From positions 1,674,001-1,738,000 of the forward strand of contig NC_058381.1 of assembly GCF_018350175.1 (NCBI RefSeq): DNA of 64,000 bases, given 5' to 3'. Numbering within the stretch: position 1 is the stretch's first letter; every line of letters starts with the position of its first letter. Both the position numbers and the translations under genes were made by a program. The DNA is from Felis catus. Its lineage: Eukaryota. This document shows, in pieces, positions 60,140 through 64,000 of this stretch. The notes beneath the pieces are model-generated. The model did no database searches. It had not been told where the DNA came from and worked only from the letters and a program-made list of their open reading frames with translations.

Positions 60140-60868
60140 CGCTCGAGGAGGCGGGACTTCCGGACAGGTGGGCTGTCTTCCCAGCTGCTGGAGCAGGGCT
60201 TCCGGGAAAGAAAGTCAGGCCGCCTCCAGCACTGGGTGCTCGGGAGGAAGGACTTCCGGTCCTAAAAAGCCGTCGAAAGAAAGGTTAGAGGTAGAGGGAG
60301 TGCCTCTGCAGATGCAGGGAGCGTCGAAACCCCAGAAAACCTAATCGCTTCCCCTTCAATGCCCGGGATTTTGGAGCTACCCGCTTTACAAACCTCTCCA
60401 CTCCGGCCGCCGCGGCGGCTGCGGTGCCTTCAGGTCTCGCGAGAGTCCTCACCACACCTTCCCTTCCACGAGCTGTGTGCTTGCCGTGTCTATCGCGAGA
60501 GACACTTCCTCCCTCCCCTCCTCCCCCAAATCTGGCTTCCCGAGGTCACTTTGTCTCGCGAGATCTCCTGACTATTTTCCATCGAGTCCAATTCGGTGAA
60601 AACTGCGTCTAAGCGATGGCTTCCTAAACCAGCCACACCCCTTCCCGCACCCAGCCTCGAAGCCCCGCCTTCGGCCCCGCCCTCCTCCCGGTCTCCTTTG
60701 CGCCGCGCGCCTGCGCCTGCGCCTGCGCCGGCTTCCAGCTGGAGCTGGACCCGAGAGCCGGAGGGGCGTGCGCGCGCGCCCTCGGCCCTGTTGCGCGCGC
60801 GGTGTCACCTTGGGCGCGAGTGGGGCCGCGCGCGCGCAGGACCCGGAGCTGGGGGCCATTGAGTGGCG
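60140..60868. promoter_or_regulatory. Bidirectional RNF167/SLC25A11 promoter
   Basis: Head-to-head ATGs ~1 kb apart; three TMTCGCGAGA motifs, ETS/GABP ACTTCCGG sites and NRF1-like TGCGCCTGCGC repeats at ~60712-60727. Confidence 0.85.
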
Positions 60869-63003
60869 ATGGCGGCGACGGCGAGTCCCGGGGCCGGCGG
60901 GATGGACGGAAAGCCCCGCACCTCCCCCAAGTCCGTCAAGTTCCTGTTTGGGGGCCTGGCCGGGTAAGCTCTGGCCCCAGGGATGGGACGGGAGGAGGAA
61001 GGGACGGGTGCAAGGAACCGAGCCCGGTTCATCTTTGGGTCTGTTGCGGCGAACGGAGCCGGCTCGGGGTCAGCGCGGCCCCCGGCGTATTGTGAGGTCC
61101 TTGATGGGCCGTCAGGACCTCGTCACCCACTGCAGGACCCCTGCTGGTCTGCGTACTGGGTCATTGCTCGGCTTTCCCGGGTTGCGTGGGGTTCCAGGTC
61201 ATTGCATGGCTCCTGTCGCGCTACGTGAAGTCCCAGGTCATAAATGCCCACCTCCTTTCCCCCGGGGTCGGACTGCTTCCAGTTCCAGGTCACCGCTTGA
61301 CCCCCTTGACCGGAGCACTTTCATTGCACGGTCCTCGTTGGATCACTGGACTTTTCAGATCTATTGTTCTTGGTCCGAGTAGAAGCTTATGCACATACCC
61401 ACTAGTCTCCTGAACGCTTAGTTAATCACGTGAAAGGCTTTGCACTTTGTGATCCCTTGTTGCCAGGTTCCAGTGGGCATTGGTAGGTCCGAGACACGTG
61501 GCCCTTGACTCTGCTTCTGCCTTCCTCCAGGATGGGAGCCACAGTTTTTGTGCAACCGCTGGATCTGGTGAAGAACCGGATGCAGCTGAGCGGGGAAGGA
61601 GCCAAGACACGAGAGTACAAAACCAGCTTCCATGCCCTCACCAGCATCCTGAGGGCAGAAGGGCTGCGGGGCATTTACACTGGGTACTGAGGCCACAGGA
61701 GAGGGGGCAGGGTATGGGCTGGCAGCTCCTGGACCTTGGCCTGATGCACTGACTCCTTCGCTCCCCAGGCTGTCAGCTGGCCTGCTGCGCCAGGCCACCT
61801 ACACCACCACCCGCCTTGGCATCTACACGGTGCTGTTTGAGCGCCTCACTGGGGCTGACGGTACACCCCCTGGCTTTCTGCTGAAGGCCCTGATTGGCAT
61901 GACGGCCGGTGCAACTGGTGCCTTTGTGGGGACACCAGCTGAAGTGGCTCTCATCCGCATGACCGCCGACGGCCGGTGAGTTCCAGGTCAGGTGGCACCC
62001 TAGCTCCATTCCCTGGAATCTAAAGTCAGAGGACTGGTTTCTTATCGTTGGTCTGGAGCTGAGCATTGATGTGTTCTGGCCTCCCTTTCTTTGCTCCTGT
62101 GGGGCGGGGGGGGGGGGGGGGGGTCTATCCTGAGCTCGACCCCTTCCTATCTTCCCACCAGGCTTCCGCCTGACCAGCGCCGGGGCTACAAAAACGTGTT
62201 TAATGCCCTGATTCGAATCGCCCGGGAGGAGGGAGTGCCCACACTGTGGAGGGTGAGTGAAGGGGCCGGAGGCTGGGGCGGGGAGGGGGGGGTCACGTCC
62301 CCACCGTTTCTGACACACACCGCCCCCTCCACAGGGCTGCATCCCTACCATGGCTCGTGCTGTCGTGGTCAACGCGGCCCAGCTCGCCTCCTACTCCCAG
62401 TCCAAGCAGTTCTTACTGGACTCAGGTGAGACCCAGAGCTGGGCTCTTGGCCCCTGGCCTGGCCTGGGCCAGCTCTGAGCTGACTGTCACCCGACTCTGC
62501 CTCCCCCAGGCTACTTCTCCGACAACATCCTGTGCCATTTCTGCGCCAGCATGATCAGCGGCTTGGTCACCACTGCCGCCTCCATGCCCGTGGACATCGC
62601 CAAGACCCGGTGAGCGTGCAGGCCCGGTCCCGGAGGGGGATAGGAGGGCCCGCTTTATGTCTCTCAAGCGCCTGCTTCCTCCTCTCCAGGATCCAGAACA
62701 TGAGAATGATTGACGGGAAGCCAGAATACAAGAACGGGCTGGTGAGGAAGCTGGGCTGGGGCTCAGGCTGGAGGGTGGTGACGGTGGTGGGGAAGAGGGA
62801 CACGGCCCTAGAAGCCAGGCCTTAACCCTGCCTGCCTGTCCGTTTAGGACGTGCTGGTGAAGGTTGTCCGCTACGAGGGCTTCTTCAGCCTGTGGAAGGG
62901 TTTCACGCCCTACTACGCCCGCCTGGGCCCCCACACCGTCCTCACCTTCATCTTCTTGGAGCAGATGAACAAGGCCTACAAGCGTCTCTTTCTCAGTGGC
63001 TGA
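60869..63003 (+). CDS. SLC25A11: Mitochondrial 2-oxoglutarate/malate carrier, 314 aa. Exons: 60869-60963, 61531-61683, 61769-61975, 62162-62252, 62335-62425, 62510-62609, 62690-62741, 62848-63003
   Basis: MAATASPGAG..., carrier signatures PLDLVKNR, PAEVALIR, PVDIAKTR, ending YKRLFLSG*. Exons sum to 945 nt. Confidence 0.97.
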
Positions 63004-63439
63004 GGCAGGCAAGGGGCCCAGAGCCGGTGTGCCAGGGCTCCCCTCACCCGCTGCCCCCACAGTCAATGTGCCCCCGGGGGCCTGGACTCCGCTGCCCTGG
63101 GCCCCTGTATTTATTTTTCCTCCACGGTCTGGTTCTCTCCTTTGCGGTAAAGGACTTTGGTCTGTCCTACCCCTGCGTCACCTCGCCCTCCCTGTCCCGA
63201 TCCTCGTGACATCTCTGCCCCTGGCTGTGCCTCAGAGGGAGCTGGGAAACTCCCTGAGGATTTCCGGTCTCCTCTTGGGTGTTAGTTTCAGGGCATGTAG
63301 GACAGCAGAGGACCCGCCTTCTCAGTGGGCAAACCAAGGCAGAGCTGAGGGGACAGGAGACGGCAGAGGCCGTTGGGACGGTCACAAGGTCTGCAGTGGG
63401 AGGACGTGACCTTTCCTCCACCTCACTGAGGACATGATC

Positions 63440-63445
63440 AATAAA
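63440..63445 (+). terminator. SLC25A11 polyadenylation signal AATAAA
   Basis: Canonical hexamer ~440 nt after the stop. Confidence 0.75.
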
Positions 63446-64000
63446 TCGGATTGATGACACCACCCCCAGATCTGGATAGTTGTGAGGGGGGTGGAGGGGA
63501 GGAAGCCGGACGGACGAGGGGAGGTCCCTGGGAAACAAAAACCGGAGTTGCTAAGCAAAGTTGTTAAAAGAAGAGGCGAACGCCGCCGTGTAAAACAGCG
63601 TTGTCGTCACAGCAGGTAAGGCAAATGAAAACACGGGTCCTGCCAGCCACTAGAGTCAGTCCGAGGATGTCAGAATCACCTCACGTGATTCCTAGGAAAA
63701 GCCTCCGGGCTCCCGTGGCTCTTACTGCAGCCCCAAGAGGAGGGAACGAGGAGTCAGTGAGGAAGGCTGACCTGGGAGAAGAGGGTGATTGAAAGAAATC
63801 AGCGTGGAGCTGGGGCCCCCAAAGCCTGGAGGCTTGAGGAGATGGGGTGTGTTAGCTAGAATCCTGATCTGAGCCCTACCCTGCGGAGAGTGACTACTTT
63901 CCCCGTTTTCTTGAGAAGAAAGATTCCCAGGCGGTGCCTCAAGGAGCCTAAAAACATCCTGGGGCATAAAAGGACGCTGGAAGGTCAACTGGAAGGAAGG

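Noticed and set aside
63500-64000. GP1BA expected next by synteny
   Set aside because: No recognisable coding sequence inside the window.

Overview
GC-rich, gene-dense mammalian genomic DNA. The carnivore CAN-SINE/SINEC repeats point to a cat-family (feliform) species. The window is the conserved syntenic block KIF1C(-) / INCA1(+) / CAMTA2(+) / SPAG7(+) / ENO3(-) / PFN1(+) / RNF167(-) / SLC25A11(+). I rebuilt exon structures by hand from splice sites and reading phase. SPAG7 (227 aa), ENO3 (434 aa), RNF167 (350 aa) and SLC25A11 (314 aa) are complete and intact. KIF1C runs off the left edge. KIF1C, CAMTA2 and PFN1 each have two exons partly or wholly hidden in N-runs. I see no new gene family or standalone novel system. 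The most notable anomalies are: (1) INCA1 has an ATG>GTG change at the orthologous start, with an in-frame upstream ATG, and a +1 frameshift in its last exon whose new frame stays open up to the polyA signal; (2) a duplicated KIF1C splice donor would add an in-frame stop; (3) KIF1C has a strong-Kozak uORF spanning a splice junction; (4) all six N-gaps sit on conserved coding exons; (5) there is a perfect 159-bp tandem duplication, plus several regulatory motif clusters. Comparisons with human proteins are from memory, not from a database search.
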